A stretch of 64,000 nt of DNA from a virus (taxonomy: Duplodnaviria > Caudoviricetes), in the IMG/VR virus record IMGVR_UViG_2835547190_000003, positions 768 through 64,767 of that record; one strand, given 5' to 3'. Below the pieces are notes generated by a model. That model had not been told where the DNA came from. It ran no database searches and was given only the letters and a program-made list of their open reading frames with translations. Of the stretch, positions 1 to 8,432 are shown piece after piece; positions within the stretch are counted from its first letter, which is position 1; each line of letters opens with the position of its first letter. Both the position numbers and the translations under genes were made by a program.

Positions 1-39
1 TCATGGCACATGGTTCCGTCTTTTTCTCACCCCTTTAAA

Positions 40-255
40 TTACTGACCATCGCCAGAGGCGGGTGGGACAGGCTGGGTTGTAGCAGGCGGCAATGTCTCC
101 TCGCTGTTGGACGGATTGTCCGGTGCGATTATCTCTCCATAAACCTCCAGCAGAAACCACACGGCAAATGCCGCGACTATGCTCACCAGCAATATGATGA
201 GAACGGGCCTGCCCTCACGGCCCTGCCTTGCCTCCCTCGGACTGATCTGTTTCAT
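40..255 (-). CDS. Small single-pass membrane protein (probably host)
   Basis: 71 aa; ARQGxxGRPVL followed by a hydrophobic helix; GGAGG RBS upstream. Confidence 0.7.
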   Translation of the reverse strand: MKQISPREARQGREGRPVLIILLVSIVAAFAVWFLLEVYGEIIAPDNPSNSEETLPPATTQPVPPASGDGQ

Positions 256-354
256 AGATCAAGGCCTCCTGTCTCGATGAACCGCATAACGTCAGGAATA
301 ATCGTTCAGCAACGAGATAGTTCCATGCAAGGCGGGATGGGTAAATATGATGGA

Positions 355-461
355 TAAAGCATGTCGCCCGAAAGTGGGAACCGGTTTCGGGATAACGACA
401 TGCGTTAAAACAAAAACTGAAAGCGTAAGGAGCGAATCTGAAAGATCGCGACACGCTTTAG
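355..461. repeat. Bru-RS/RIME-like Rhizobiales interspersed palindromic repeat (host DNA)
   Basis: ~105 bp with GCATGTCG..AAAGTGGGAACCGGTTT..CGACATGC and AAAGCG..GAGCGAATCTGAAAGATCGCGAC..CGCTTT hairpins, recognised from memory of Brucella/Rhizobium repeats. Confidence 0.75.
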
Positions 462-506
462 CGGCGCATCTGAAAGATGCTTAACCCGATGGCTGCTTTG
501 GGAAAA

Positions 507-518
507 TGGTACGGTCGG
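507..518 (-). other. Putative att core: duplicated 3' end of a tRNA (CCGACCGTACCA)
   Basis: Minus strand ends in ACCA like a tRNA acceptor arm; lies between the host repeat and an AT-rich region with arm-type repeats. Confidence 0.4.
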
Positions 519-579
519 TTGGTATCAAACTAACCTCTTAGTCATTGTTTTTATTATATTATTTTAATTGCGCATCCGT

Positions 580-627
580 AATTGTATCACAGTTTGTTAC
601 ACAATTAGTTGCACAGGTTGTTGCACG
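580..627. repeat. Four tandem imperfect 12-bp repeats, putative integrase arm-type sites
   Basis: AATTGTATCACA/GTTTGTTACACA/ATTAGTTGCACA/GGTTGTTGCACG at exact 12-bp period. Confidence 0.6.
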
Positions 628-671
628 TTAAAGTACGTCAAATTTAGCGTCTTGACGACGGAGTACAATGA

Positions 672-686
672 GAACAAAATAGGAAC
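672..686 (+). promoter_or_regulatory. Alphaproteobacterial LexA (SOS) box
   Basis: GAAC-AAAATAG-GAAC matches GAAC-N7-GAAC; downstream of CTTGAC (651-656), upstream of gene at 710. Confidence 0.8.
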
Positions 687-709
687 ATATAAATTAGCAG
701 GAGGAAGCC

Positions 710-895
710 ATGAACGCTCTTGTGCAAAATTACGAAGATGAAATTCAGCAGGTTCTCGCCTACCACGGTGGCGATGTGCACGCGGCCATTGAAGCGCTTT
801 TGAAAGACCGCGACTTTCTGGCGCGTGAAGTTGAACTCGCTCGCCTTGCCGTAACACATGGCCAACGCGCCGACCTTTTTAAGAGGGCTGCGTGA
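710..895 (+). CDS. Small hypothetical protein, paralog of 1239-1436
   Basis: AGGAGG RBS; shares HxGDVxAAIExLLKDRDFL with 1239-1436. Confidence 0.85.
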   Translation: MNALVQNYEDEIQQVLAYHGGDVHAAIEALLKDRDFLAREVELARLAVTHGQRADLFKRAA

Positions 896-1143
896 TGAAA
901 ACGTTCCAAGTCGCTCTTCCTGAAGCTTACGCTTTGAAATGTGCCCGGCGCGAAGTGCATCGCGATGCTGACCGTCTTGGCGCCCGTTTGCCTCATCGCA
1001 TGGCGCGAAAGTCGGGCGTGGATTTCTGCGTATTCAGCTTCCCAACAGAAAGGCTCATGGGCGCCTTTATGCGACGGCACGGCGGGAAGCCATTCGGCGG
1101 CTCTGCATCTGCCGACAAGTGGGAAAAAATCGTCGTGCGATAA
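892..1143 (+). CDS. Hypothetical protein
   Basis: GTGA overlap with the previous gene; 83 aa. Confidence 0.7.
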   Translation: MMKTFQVALPEAYALKCARREVHRDADRLGARLPHRMARKSGVDFCVFSFPTERLMGAFMRRHGGKPFGGSASADKWEKIVVR

Positions 1144-1238
1144 TGAATGAGCCTGCGCCTGAAAACAGGGCAGGCACCGGTAATAAAATTTCAGACAGGT
1201 TTGGAAATGAAGATGTCTGCTTATGAGGAGCACGACAA

Positions 1239-1436
1239 ATGAACGCGCTTGCGCAAAAAGAAGGATACCAGGACGAAATTGATCTGGTACTCGCCTTCCA
1301 TGACGGTGACGTGCGAGCTGCAATAGAGACCTTGCTGAAAGACCGCGATTTTCTGGTGAAGGAAATCGAATATGCTAGCCTCACAATGTCGATGGGCTTT
1401 GCCCGCGGATGGAAGCCGACGGTGTTCGTAAAATGA
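1239..1436 (+). CDS. Small hypothetical protein, paralog of 710-895
   Basis: GAGGAG RBS; clear similarity to 710-895. Confidence 0.85.
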   Translation: MNALAQKEGYQDEIDLVLAFHDGDVRAAIETLLKDRDFLVKEIEYASLTMSMGFARGWKPTVFVK

Positions 1437-1732
1437 GCGGCAGGTCACGCGGTGAGCCGCCTAAGACGCTCATCAACAAAGAATATCCGTTTCAAGTCGT
1501 GCTTTACCTCACAGATTGGCACCGAACAAACCTCGTTCAGATGTTGAACGACCGGGAGAGATTAGGCGGGTATCGGCTATGGAGAAGTGTGTATCACGAT
1601 AAGAAAGATTTCAGCTCGGCCATGTTCCAGACCGAGGAAGGCCAGCAAGAATTCATCCGGCTTTATGGCGGCAAGGCACATAACCCGCACGACAAGTCTT
1701 CCAAGCCGTGGGAGACGTATTTTGAGAAATGA
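1433..1732 (+). CDS. Hypothetical protein
   Basis: ATGA overlaps at both ends; 99 aa. Confidence 0.7.
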   Translation: MSGRSRGEPPKTLINKEYPFQVVLYLTDWHRTNLVQMLNDRERLGGYRLWRSVYHDKKDFSSAMFQTEEGQQEFIRLYGGKAHNPHDKSSKPWETYFEK

Positions 1733-1974
1733 GAATAAGACCGACCTTCCTGAAGGAAATGCCTGCTTCAGCACGGATAATGGATCTGTTCGGCTGGTAC
1801 GAGCTTTACGGCTATTGCTGCCGATGCGGCCATATCGGGTCCGTAGACAGAACCATCATTCTGCGAAAGTTCGGTACTCACACCTATTTCGTGGATCTGC
1901 ACCCTCGAATGCGGTGCAAGGCCTGCACGGCCAAGGGCGATGCTCAATTCGGGATAACAAAGGCACCGAGATAA
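1729..1974 (+). CDS. Zinc-ribbon protein
   Basis: CxxCGH ... CxxC; ATGA coupling. Confidence 0.75.
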   Translation: MRIRPTFLKEMPASARIMDLFGWYELYGYCCRCGHIGSVDRTIILRKFGTHTYFVDLHPRMRCKACTAKGDAQFGITKAPR

Positions 1975-1975
1975 A

Positions 1976-2161
1976 ATGAGCGGATATAAGAGCGAGAACA
2001 CCGTCGCAACCAAAGGCGGCAAGCTTTTTGAGCACTACTGTGATTCGAAGGGCTGCAAAGCGTGGGGTTCGTTTGGCTACAAGACGGCCTTTGGACAGCT
2101 CTGGTTTTGCCGTGAGCATAAACAGGAAGGCGAAGACGCGCTGGCTGGCAGAAAGAAATAG
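1976..2161 (+). CDS. Small Cys/His (zinc-binding) protein
   Basis: CxxxxC ... WFCxEH. Confidence 0.75.
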   Translation: MSGYKSENTVATKGGKLFEHYCDSKGCKAWGSFGYKTAFGQLWFCREHKQEGEDALAGRKK

Positions 2162-2188
2162 GCGCCCGTTCACAGGCGCCCGTTGGAA

Positions 2189-2311
2189 TTACCTTCCAGT
2201 CTTGCATCCTTTGCCGGTACGGCAGTGACTTTCTGGCTTCGAGCTAGCCATAGCCGACGCTGTAGATGCCCCAGCCAAGAGTAAAGCCATCGCGATAATT
2301 GCAAATTTCAT
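2189..2311 (-). CDS. 40-aa secreted peptide (signal peptide plus 2-Cys basic mature part)
   Basis: Hand-translated MKFAIIAMALLLAGASTASA-MASSKPESHCRTGKGCKTGR; GGAGG RBS; below the ORF-track length cutoff. Confidence 0.65.
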   Translation of the reverse strand: MKFAIIAMALLLAGASTASAMASSKPESHCRTGKGCKTGR

Positions 2312-2459
2312 AGCACCCTCCAATATTCCCTTCCCCTGCGGAAGGTTGGAGTACATTCAACCAATTCAGGCTTGTAGATTAAATACGCCATCCGCCGTAT
2401 TTCGCGCTGGCTGGACGAAAACAATAAGCGCACTACATTTCCAGCAACCGGAGGCGCGC

Positions 2460-3128
2460 ATGTGCGGACGATTTACCCAGACCTATACGTGGGCTGAAAT
2501 CCACGCGATGTACAATCTGACGGCAGTTACGCCTCGGAATATCCAGCCTCGCTACAATATCGCGCCGACCACGCAGGTTGGCGTAATCACGCAGAAAGAC
2601 GGCGCACTCTACTATTCAGAAATGCGTTGGCGGCTCGTGCCCAACTGGTGGTCGAAGGATTTGAAGAGTGTCCCGGCTACTTTCAACGCACGGTCTGAAG
2701 AGATCGCCAGTAAGCCAATGTTTCGCTCCGCCTTCAAAAGCACCCGCTGCCTCATCCCCGCAACGGGCTTCTTCGAATGGTCAGGCCCGAAAGAGGCGCG
2801 CCAACCCTGGTTCATCTCTGCTAAGGACGGGAAGCCCCTGACCTTCGCAGGCCTGCATGAGACATGGCGCGACCGAACCACCGGCGAAGAGGTGAAAAGC
2901 TGCACGATAATCACCTGTGCCGCTAACGACTTCATGGCAAAAATTCACACCCGAATGCCCGTCATCTTGGACGAGAAGGACTGGCACCTCTGGTTGTCAG
3001 AGCCACGTGAAGATTTGCTCAGACCCGCAAATGACGACGTACTGCAAGCGTGGCGCGTGTCGCCCCAGGTTAACAACAGTCGCTACACTGGCGATGACAC
3101 CATGGAACCTATCAAACCCATGGAATAG
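2460..3128 (+). CDS. SOS response-associated peptidase (SRAP/HMCES-YedK family)
   Basis: N-terminal MCGRF, RYNIAPT, FNARSE, RCLIPATGFFEW, IHxRMPVIL. Confidence 0.95.
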   Translation: MCGRFTQTYTWAEIHAMYNLTAVTPRNIQPRYNIAPTTQVGVITQKDGALYYSEMRWRLVPNWWSKDLKSVPATFNARSEEIASKPMFRSAFKSTRCLIPATGFFEWSGPKEARQPWFISAKDGKPLTFAGLHETWRDRTTGEEVKSCTIITCAANDFMAKIHTRMPVILDEKDWHLWLSEPREDLLRPANDDVLQAWRVSPQVNNSRYTGDDTMEPIKPME

Positions 3129-3157
3129 CCTTTTCTGCGCCAAGGGCATACTTTTCA

Positions 3158-3182
3158 GAAACCTTCTGGGCCGTTCCGCATT
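3158..3182 (+). promoter_or_regulatory. Possible EcfG (general-stress ECF sigma) promoter
   Basis: GAAAC-N16-CATT versus consensus GGAAC-N16-CGTT. Confidence 0.4.
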
Positions 3183-3249
3183 AACCTATATCACTTGAAT
3201 CAATGCCCCACGGCTTTTGCTTTGGTTGAGGACTGAAGGGAGGCTAATC

Positions 3250-3534
3250 ATGCCGTTTTTTAGCGAGGGAAGCCGCATTTATACAATCGAGGAAGTGAAC
3301 TTTATGCGACGGATTTATTCCGATGCTGTTGTCCTGCTCGATGAAAGCGAAAGAGAGTATGTGGGGATAGATCTCTCTGGCACAATTATCATGCTTTATG
3401 AGAGCGGGCTTCGAGACCTCGGCTACATGTCAGAATTGGCCGCCAAATTGACACACCAGAAATATCAATTCCGGCATCCAGAAGATCATTTTCCCGCCGC
3501 AAACTCCAATATGGAATCAGCCGATTATGATTAA
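3250..3534 (+). CDS. Hypothetical protein
   Basis: GGGAGG RBS; 94 aa; AANSN near the C-terminus. Confidence 0.7.
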   Translation: MPFFSEGSRIYTIEEVNFMRRIYSDAVVLLDESEREYVGIDLSGTIIMLYESGLRDLGYMSELAAKLTHQKYQFRHPEDHFPAANSNMESADYD

Positions 3535-3761
3535 CATCATGGACACTTTGCGGAATTCGTTGAAGAACGAGACACGAAAGTCGAAGTAAGCAGTTCGGAC
3601 AGTGCCCACCGACCCGACTAAGTATTTTTAGAATAAATAAAATTCATACTGAATGAAACTTTTTAAGAGCTGCCGAGTTCTCATCTCCAGAGCACAATCC
3701 ATCGATCACTAAAATCCCGACCTTCGGGCATTTTTTTATCTATGCAAAGGAGACAATCAAC

Positions 3762-3836
3762 ATGAACTCTATCATCTATTTAGTAGGACTAGTTGTCATC
3801 GTGTTGTTCATTCTCTCTTTTCTGGGGTTACGTTGA
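3762..3836 (+). CDS. 24-aa hydrophobic membrane peptide
   Basis: MNSIIYLVGLVVIVLFILSFLGLR; AAGGAG RBS; TGATG coupling to the next gene. Confidence 0.7.
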   Translation: MNSIIYLVGLVVIVLFILSFLGLR

Positions 3837-4930
3837 TGGTAGATCCAACTGTCGTAGAAAAGACGTCTGATCGCGGCTATGTAGACTGGGCGGCAATCTT
3901 TGCTGGCGCTACAGTGGCATCAGGTGTGATGGCCGTCCTGACCACATTCGCCGGCGGCCTTGGCTTAAGCTCATTTTCCGTCGATGAAGGCGGGGATATA
4001 AGTACGGTATGGCTCGTTATTACGGCGCTCTTTATCGTCATATCGACGGTCGCCTCTTATATGCTCGGCGGATATATCACCGGAAGAATGCGCCGCCCCG
4101 CTGGAACCACAACTCGTGACGAACTAACCGTTCGGGACGGCCTGAACGGCTTGGTTGTATGGGGTTTGGGAACGATCGTTTCCACGCTACTACTCGTCAG
4201 CGCTATTTCAGGTGGTGCAAAAGCGGTTGGAAGCGCGGCTGAGACAGCAGTACAAACCGCTGGTACAGTTGTTGGCAGCGCCGCTCAGGGCGCCGGTCAG
4301 TTAGCGGGCGGCATCGTTTCAGGTGCAGGGCAAGCTGTCTCGGGGCTTGCGCAAGGCGCAGGGCAAGCGGCCGCTCCATCCGTAGAGCAGATGTTGCCGC
4401 AAGGACTGAAAACCAACCCATTAGACTATCTTACAGATAGCCTGCTGCGCACAGACGCCCAAGGAAGCTCTGTGGCCGGTCAGGAAGCACAGAACTTGGC
4501 GGATTTCCAACGTCAGATAAGCGGCATTCTGGGAAACCTTCTTAGTACTGGCGAAATTTCTGACGCTGACCGCGCTTGGCTCACAAACCAAGTCGCCACG
4601 CGGACGGGACTTAGTCAAAATGACGCCCAGACGCGAGTGAACCAGACCGTTGAGCGCGTTCAGGCCCTGCGCTCCGAAGCTCAGGCGAAAGTGGAAGAAG
4701 CGAAGAAGGCACTCGCCGACGCTCAAGCACAGGCCGAGAAAGCTGCTGAAGAAGTAAAGGCTCAAGCGGCTGAAACTGCTGAAAAGGCCAGAATAACTGG
4801 CATTCTCACTGCATTCCTGCTTGCAGCATCTGCTCTCGTTGCCGCTGTGGCAGCCTACATCGGAGCCATACACGGAGGCCGTCATCGTGACGAAGGCAGA
4901 ATTTGGGGTGGCTTATCTTACCACAGATAA
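3836..4930 (+). CDS. Multi-pass membrane protein with coiled-coil region
   Basis: VDWAAIFAG and GGYITGRMR motifs, several TM helices, Ala/Gln-rich helix. Confidence 0.85.
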   Translation: MVDPTVVEKTSDRGYVDWAAIFAGATVASGVMAVLTTFAGGLGLSSFSVDEGGDISTVWLVITALFIVISTVASYMLGGYITGRMRRPAGTTTRDELTVRDGLNGLVVWGLGTIVSTLLLVSAISGGAKAVGSAAETAVQTAGTVVGSAAQGAGQLAGGIVSGAGQAVSGLAQGAGQAAAPSVEQMLPQGLKTNPLDYLTDSLLRTDAQGSSVAGQEAQNLADFQRQISGILGNLLSTGEISDADRAWLTNQVATRTGLSQNDAQTRVNQTVERVQALRSEAQAKVEEAKKALADAQAQAEKAAEEVKAQAAETAEKARITGILTAFLLAASALVAAVAAYIGAIHGGRHRDEGRIWGGLSYHR

Positions 4931-4946
4931 CCAATCCGCTTAGGCG

Positions 4947-4987
4947 AAAAGGGCTCTGGAGGAATCCGGGGCCCTTTTGATTTTTTT
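4947..4987. terminator. Intrinsic terminator
   Basis: AAAAGGGCTC..GGGCCCTTTT followed by a T tract. Confidence 0.7.
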
Positions 4988-5382
4988 CCTAGACGGACAA
5001 CCTCTTTGGCCGCCGGCCATCGAGCCGCCGAAGAAGGCGGCCTACATCCCTGAAAGGCAGAAAGTTTGAAGCCTGACTTCATGTCAGGCTTTACTTTTTT
5101 GACCAGATGGGTAAATTTTTGTCGCCCTTGGGAGAGAGGGCTCAGTAGCCTTACCCCGCGCGGTTTTCGCTGCGGGGTTCTTTTTGATACGAATTAAACT
5201 TCCGCTAATGAATCAATTGTAGGGCCGTTGGTCCAAAGTACGGTTTGCCCTTAAGTGACCTTAATTGTCCGCTTGCTATTCGCGTGCAGTCCGTCCACCA
5301 TAGGTTGTCAGCTTTTGATTGAATACGGGCTCAGCTGACGCGGGCTGAACTGCCCTTGCCCGCAATTTGAAAGGAGGACGCT

Positions 5383-5607
5383 ATGTCTTCCAACATCCAT
5401 AATATTGATTTTCACTCAAACCATCGCATACTGAAGCAGATGATTATGAAAGCCGGTTATCTAACAGCCAGGATGAAGCCACTGCCGGGTCCTCATTACA
5501 ATGACTCGGTATTGATTTTAAATAGCTTTATGGCTGAGGTCATGGGCGACATTCAAGCGAATGCAGGCCCCCACACTGATGGCTCATTCTCTTACGGCAC
5601 AGCTTAA
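5383..5607 (+). CDS. Hypothetical protein
   Basis: AAAGGAGG RBS; 74 aa. Confidence 0.6.
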   Translation: MSSNIHNIDFHSNHRILKQMIMKAGYLTARMKPLPGPHYNDSVLILNSFMAEVMGDIQANAGPHTDGSFSYGTA

Positions 5608-5905
5608 CAATCATCATTTGAGGGAGCCCGCACCGGGCCTCTCAAGTAACTCGTTATTTCTATATGAAGACAACAGAAATAGTAATAGATTTAAGTTTTT
5701 CTCTCTATGAAAGAGATCGTGAGATATTAATAATTTGACAAAATTTATTTAAGCTGATAGAAGCTAGAAATCGAGATTTTCTTGCTGAGATTTGCTCCCT
5801 GCGCGATTAGCACTGCGCGCCGAACGAAAACTCCCTTTAAAAAATCGTTTCATCTCTGCGTTTAATTCAAACGCGGATATCAATATTGCTATGAAAGGGG
5901 TTCAT

Positions 5906-6115
5906 ATGAGCACCGGCACAGTTAAATGGTTTAACGCAGCAAAAGGCTTTGGTTTCATTCAGCCTGAAAACGGCGGTTTGGATGCGTTTGTTCACATCTC
6001 CGCTGTTGAGCGAGCAGGTATGCATACGCTCAGTGAAGGTCAGAAGCTGACATATGATCTTGAACAGGATCGCAAGTCTGGAAAAATGTCCGTTTGTAAT
6101 TTGCAGGCGGCTTGA
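5906..6115 (+). CDS. cspA: Cold-shock domain protein
   Basis: GTVKWFNAAKGFGFI (RNP1), AFVHISAVE (RNP2); TTGACA promoter at ~5736 with long leader. Confidence 0.95.
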   Translation: MSTGTVKWFNAAKGFGFIQPENGGLDAFVHISAVERAGMHTLSEGQKLTYDLEQDRKSGKMSVCNLQAA

Positions 6116-6179
6116 ATGAAGTTTCTTCTTTCTAGTGACCACGGATGTACTGGCACAATCGGAAGAAGTTGACTTTTGG

Positions 6180-6205
6180 GGTCGGGCAATAGCCCGACCT
6201 TTTTT
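6180..6205 (+). terminator. Intrinsic terminator
   Basis: GGTCGGGC-AATA-GCCCGACC-TTTTT. Confidence 0.8.
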
Positions 6206-6470
6206 ATTGCCCGGCAAGGGAGCCAACACGAAAGAGAGATTAGAATGAATAACCATGAAGTGAATATCGGAATTACCATTCCGAACAGTAACTTTAGCGT
6301 GGTGAAAAATGCTGTTGCTACGCAGCGCGATATTGAAGACGCGCACAAACAGATGTCATCCCCCTCAGAAGATTGGACAAAACTTTCCAATATACTTAGG
6401 CGGTCGTGCGGAGGCTCATCGCGAAAACGTTCTTTTCGTAGATAAGAACCCAAGGGAGCCGCGTTACTGG

Positions 6471-6752
6471 CTACGTTTTTCTTCTCGTTTCCAATGCCTT
6501 CAGCCTCTCAGCGAAATAAATAATCTTATTCAGATCGTACATTCGGCTGGCCGCGTCTTTCTCACCGAACCTATAGCAAGCCTTGAAGATGTTGCCGAGC
6601 GCGAAGGACATGCCTTTGTGCTCGATCAGGTCGTTTAGCTCGGTCGCATGGGGAGGCAGCTCGTAATAGCTCGTGCTGCCGCCGTCGGAGGTGACTGATT
6701 TAAACTTGAGGTCGGCATAAATGGGCGCTGTTCTGTCGACGACGAAACTCAT
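6471..6752 (-). CDS. DUF3310-like phage protein
   Basis: SYY..FALGNIFKACYRFGEK..DLNKIIYF pattern. Confidence 0.7.
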   Translation of the reverse strand: MSFVVDRTAPIYADLKFKSVTSDGGSTSYYELPPHATELNDLIEHKGMSFALGNIFKACYRFGEKDAASRMYDLNKIIYFAERLKALETRRKT

Positions 6753-7078
6753 ACCTCTTCCCTCACCTTCCGCTTCGGCTCTTCAAACTTCTCAGTTACT
6801 GGCCCGCCGGCAAGCAGACCGCGCAGCGACGACAGCTTATCGCGAACAAGCGGCCTAAACCGACGTGCGGCGAACGGCGGGTTCTTGTACCCGAATTGCG
6901 GGCACTCACCGCGATCGATACCCACAAGGCGCACACCGATGTAATTGCCATGAATGTAATGGTCGAACGGGCCGATCCACGAAACGGTGTAAATCGCGCC
7001 TTCCTCTACCTCGACCGTCTGTTCGAAGCCTGCGGCGCCATCGATGCAGACGACTTGCTGGCCTACGTGGAAAGTCAT
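6749..7078 (-). CDS. Hypothetical phage protein
   Basis: FHVGQQVVCID start; ATGA coupling. Confidence 0.75.
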   Translation of the reverse strand: MTFHVGQQVVCIDGAAGFEQTVEVEEGAIYTVSWIGPFDHYIHGNYIGVRLVGIDRGECPQFGYKNPPFAARRFRPLVRDKLSSLRGLLAGGPVTEKFEEPKRKVREEV

Positions 7079-7308
7079 GCGTTTTCTCCTGCAAGGATGG
7101 CGACATAGATCATTGCGCCGGCAGATCGTTGATTGCTGTTGTACTCGTCGCTTCGGAAATACTGGATGGCCACATCTGCGCAGCGTTGGCGCTCTGCGAG
7201 GATGGCCTTCATAACAATCTCGGAAGTAGTCCAGCCAAGGTGCGTATCACATATCTCGATGGCGGTATTTTCTATATCTGCGGGTATCGTCAAGCCGCTA
7301 CCCTCCAT
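7075..7308 (-). CDS. Hypothetical phage protein
   Basis: AILAERQRCA motif common in phage proteins. Confidence 0.65.
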   Translation of the reverse strand: MEGSGLTIPADIENTAIEICDTHLGWTTSEIVMKAILAERQRCADVAIQYFRSDEYNSNQRSAGAMIYVAILAGENA

Positions 7309-7730
7309 CCTTCTAGCCGCCGATACTCGACCGGCACTCCATAGCTACGCGCTCGCGCCGTTCCTTCCGCCATGCCGCGGCTCATCCCGAAATCTTCATA
7401 AACAACGCATTTCTCAGCCACCCGATACCACGCGAGGCCAGCCTCGATGCCGAGTTCACGTTCATCGGGCCGCATATCATCCAGCACTTGCGTATGCAGT
7501 AGATGGCTCGCAATCGGCGCCTCGCCCCGACGCAAGCAGTCCAGAAGACAAGCGCGGGCATATTCGGTGTTGCGAGCGACGTTACCGCCGTACGGGGATT
7601 CTAGGATAACGAGTGGCTTGCGGCTGTCGTGATAAGGTTTTGGTAGGCAACTTATAACTGTCCCACCTGCCCTCATCTGTCGTCCTTCAATTGCCGCTCT
7701 CGCGACCCGGTCTTCTGCTTCTTCAAGCAT
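7290..7730 (-). CDS. Nucleoside deoxyribosyltransferase-like fold protein
   Basis: VILESPY..YARAC..GEAPIASHLL..ER..GI..VVYxDxGxSxGM. Confidence 0.6.
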   Translation of the reverse strand: MLEEAEDRVARAAIEGRQMRAGGTVISCLPKPYHDSRKPLVILESPYGGNVARNTEYARACLLDCLRRGEAPIASHLLHTQVLDDMRPDERELGIEAGLAWYRVAEKCVVYEDFGMSRGMAEGTARARSYGVPVEYRRLEGWRVAA

Positions 7731-7778
7731 ATTCTCTCCTCGTGTTTTGTGGTGTGGTGGTTGGTTAGGGGGTGGGAG

Positions 7779-8432
7779 TTAGGCGGTGGCCTGCATCGAC
7801 TTGTTATCATTGGCGGCCAGCCAAGCCTGTGCACGCTTCACCCTGCCGCCGGCAAGGCTGTATATATACGATGAGGGGATGCCCATATCACGAGCGACCC
7901 GCGACGGGCGCTCTCCGTTTTGCAGCCGTCGCATCACGGTATCTATCAATATATCGGAATATTTTGCACAATGATGGGCCTCACCTGTCGGTACGTGAAG
8001 TGTATATGAAGTCCCGTGCGCGATTGCGTCCGCAACATTTTCCTTCCGGGTGCCCCAATACATATGGGATGGATTTACGCACCCTAGATGCCCATTGCCA
8101 CAAGAGTGGCAGCATTCGTGCTTTGGGGTTGGCTTATCGCCCTTGGCTGCTATTAAAACAGCAACGTCCGCATTAATTGATTTTCCAGCGACCCTAACCC
8201 TGCCTCGACCTTCGGCGTTTTTTCCAAATGGCCATGCAATGCACTCGTCAACATCTTGAAGCAGAGCAGTATCGCGCACAAATTTATTCGCCGCACCATA
8301 ATCGATACCGCCGCCGAGCGGGTCGCCATGACGCAACAGCCTAGCATAATGCTTCCTGCAATAACCTTGCCCGCCTGTTCGGCCTACAGGGTTTTCACAA
8401 CCGTCAACCGCGCAAACGCTGATTTTCCTCAC
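7779..8432 (-). CDS. HNH (His-Cys box-like) endonuclease
   Basis: N-terminal CxxxGC..YCRKHY; HSCGNGHLGCVNPSH..GTRKEN; GTG start after GGAGG. Confidence 0.85.
   Translation of the reverse strand: MRKISVCAVDGCENPVGRTGGQGYCRKHYARLLRHGDPLGGGIDYGAANKFVRDTALLQDVDECIAWPFGKNAEGRGRVRVAGKSINADVAVLIAAKGDKPTPKHECCHSCGNGHLGCVNPSHMYWGTRKENVADAIAHGTSYTLHVPTGEAHHCAKYSDILIDTVMRRLQNGERPSRVARDMGIPSSYIYSLAGGRVKRAQAWLAANDNKSMQATA

Noticed and set aside
3022-3040. PANDD in SRAP as an ssrA-like motif
   Set aside because: Imperfect, inside the folded domain, and no AA terminus.
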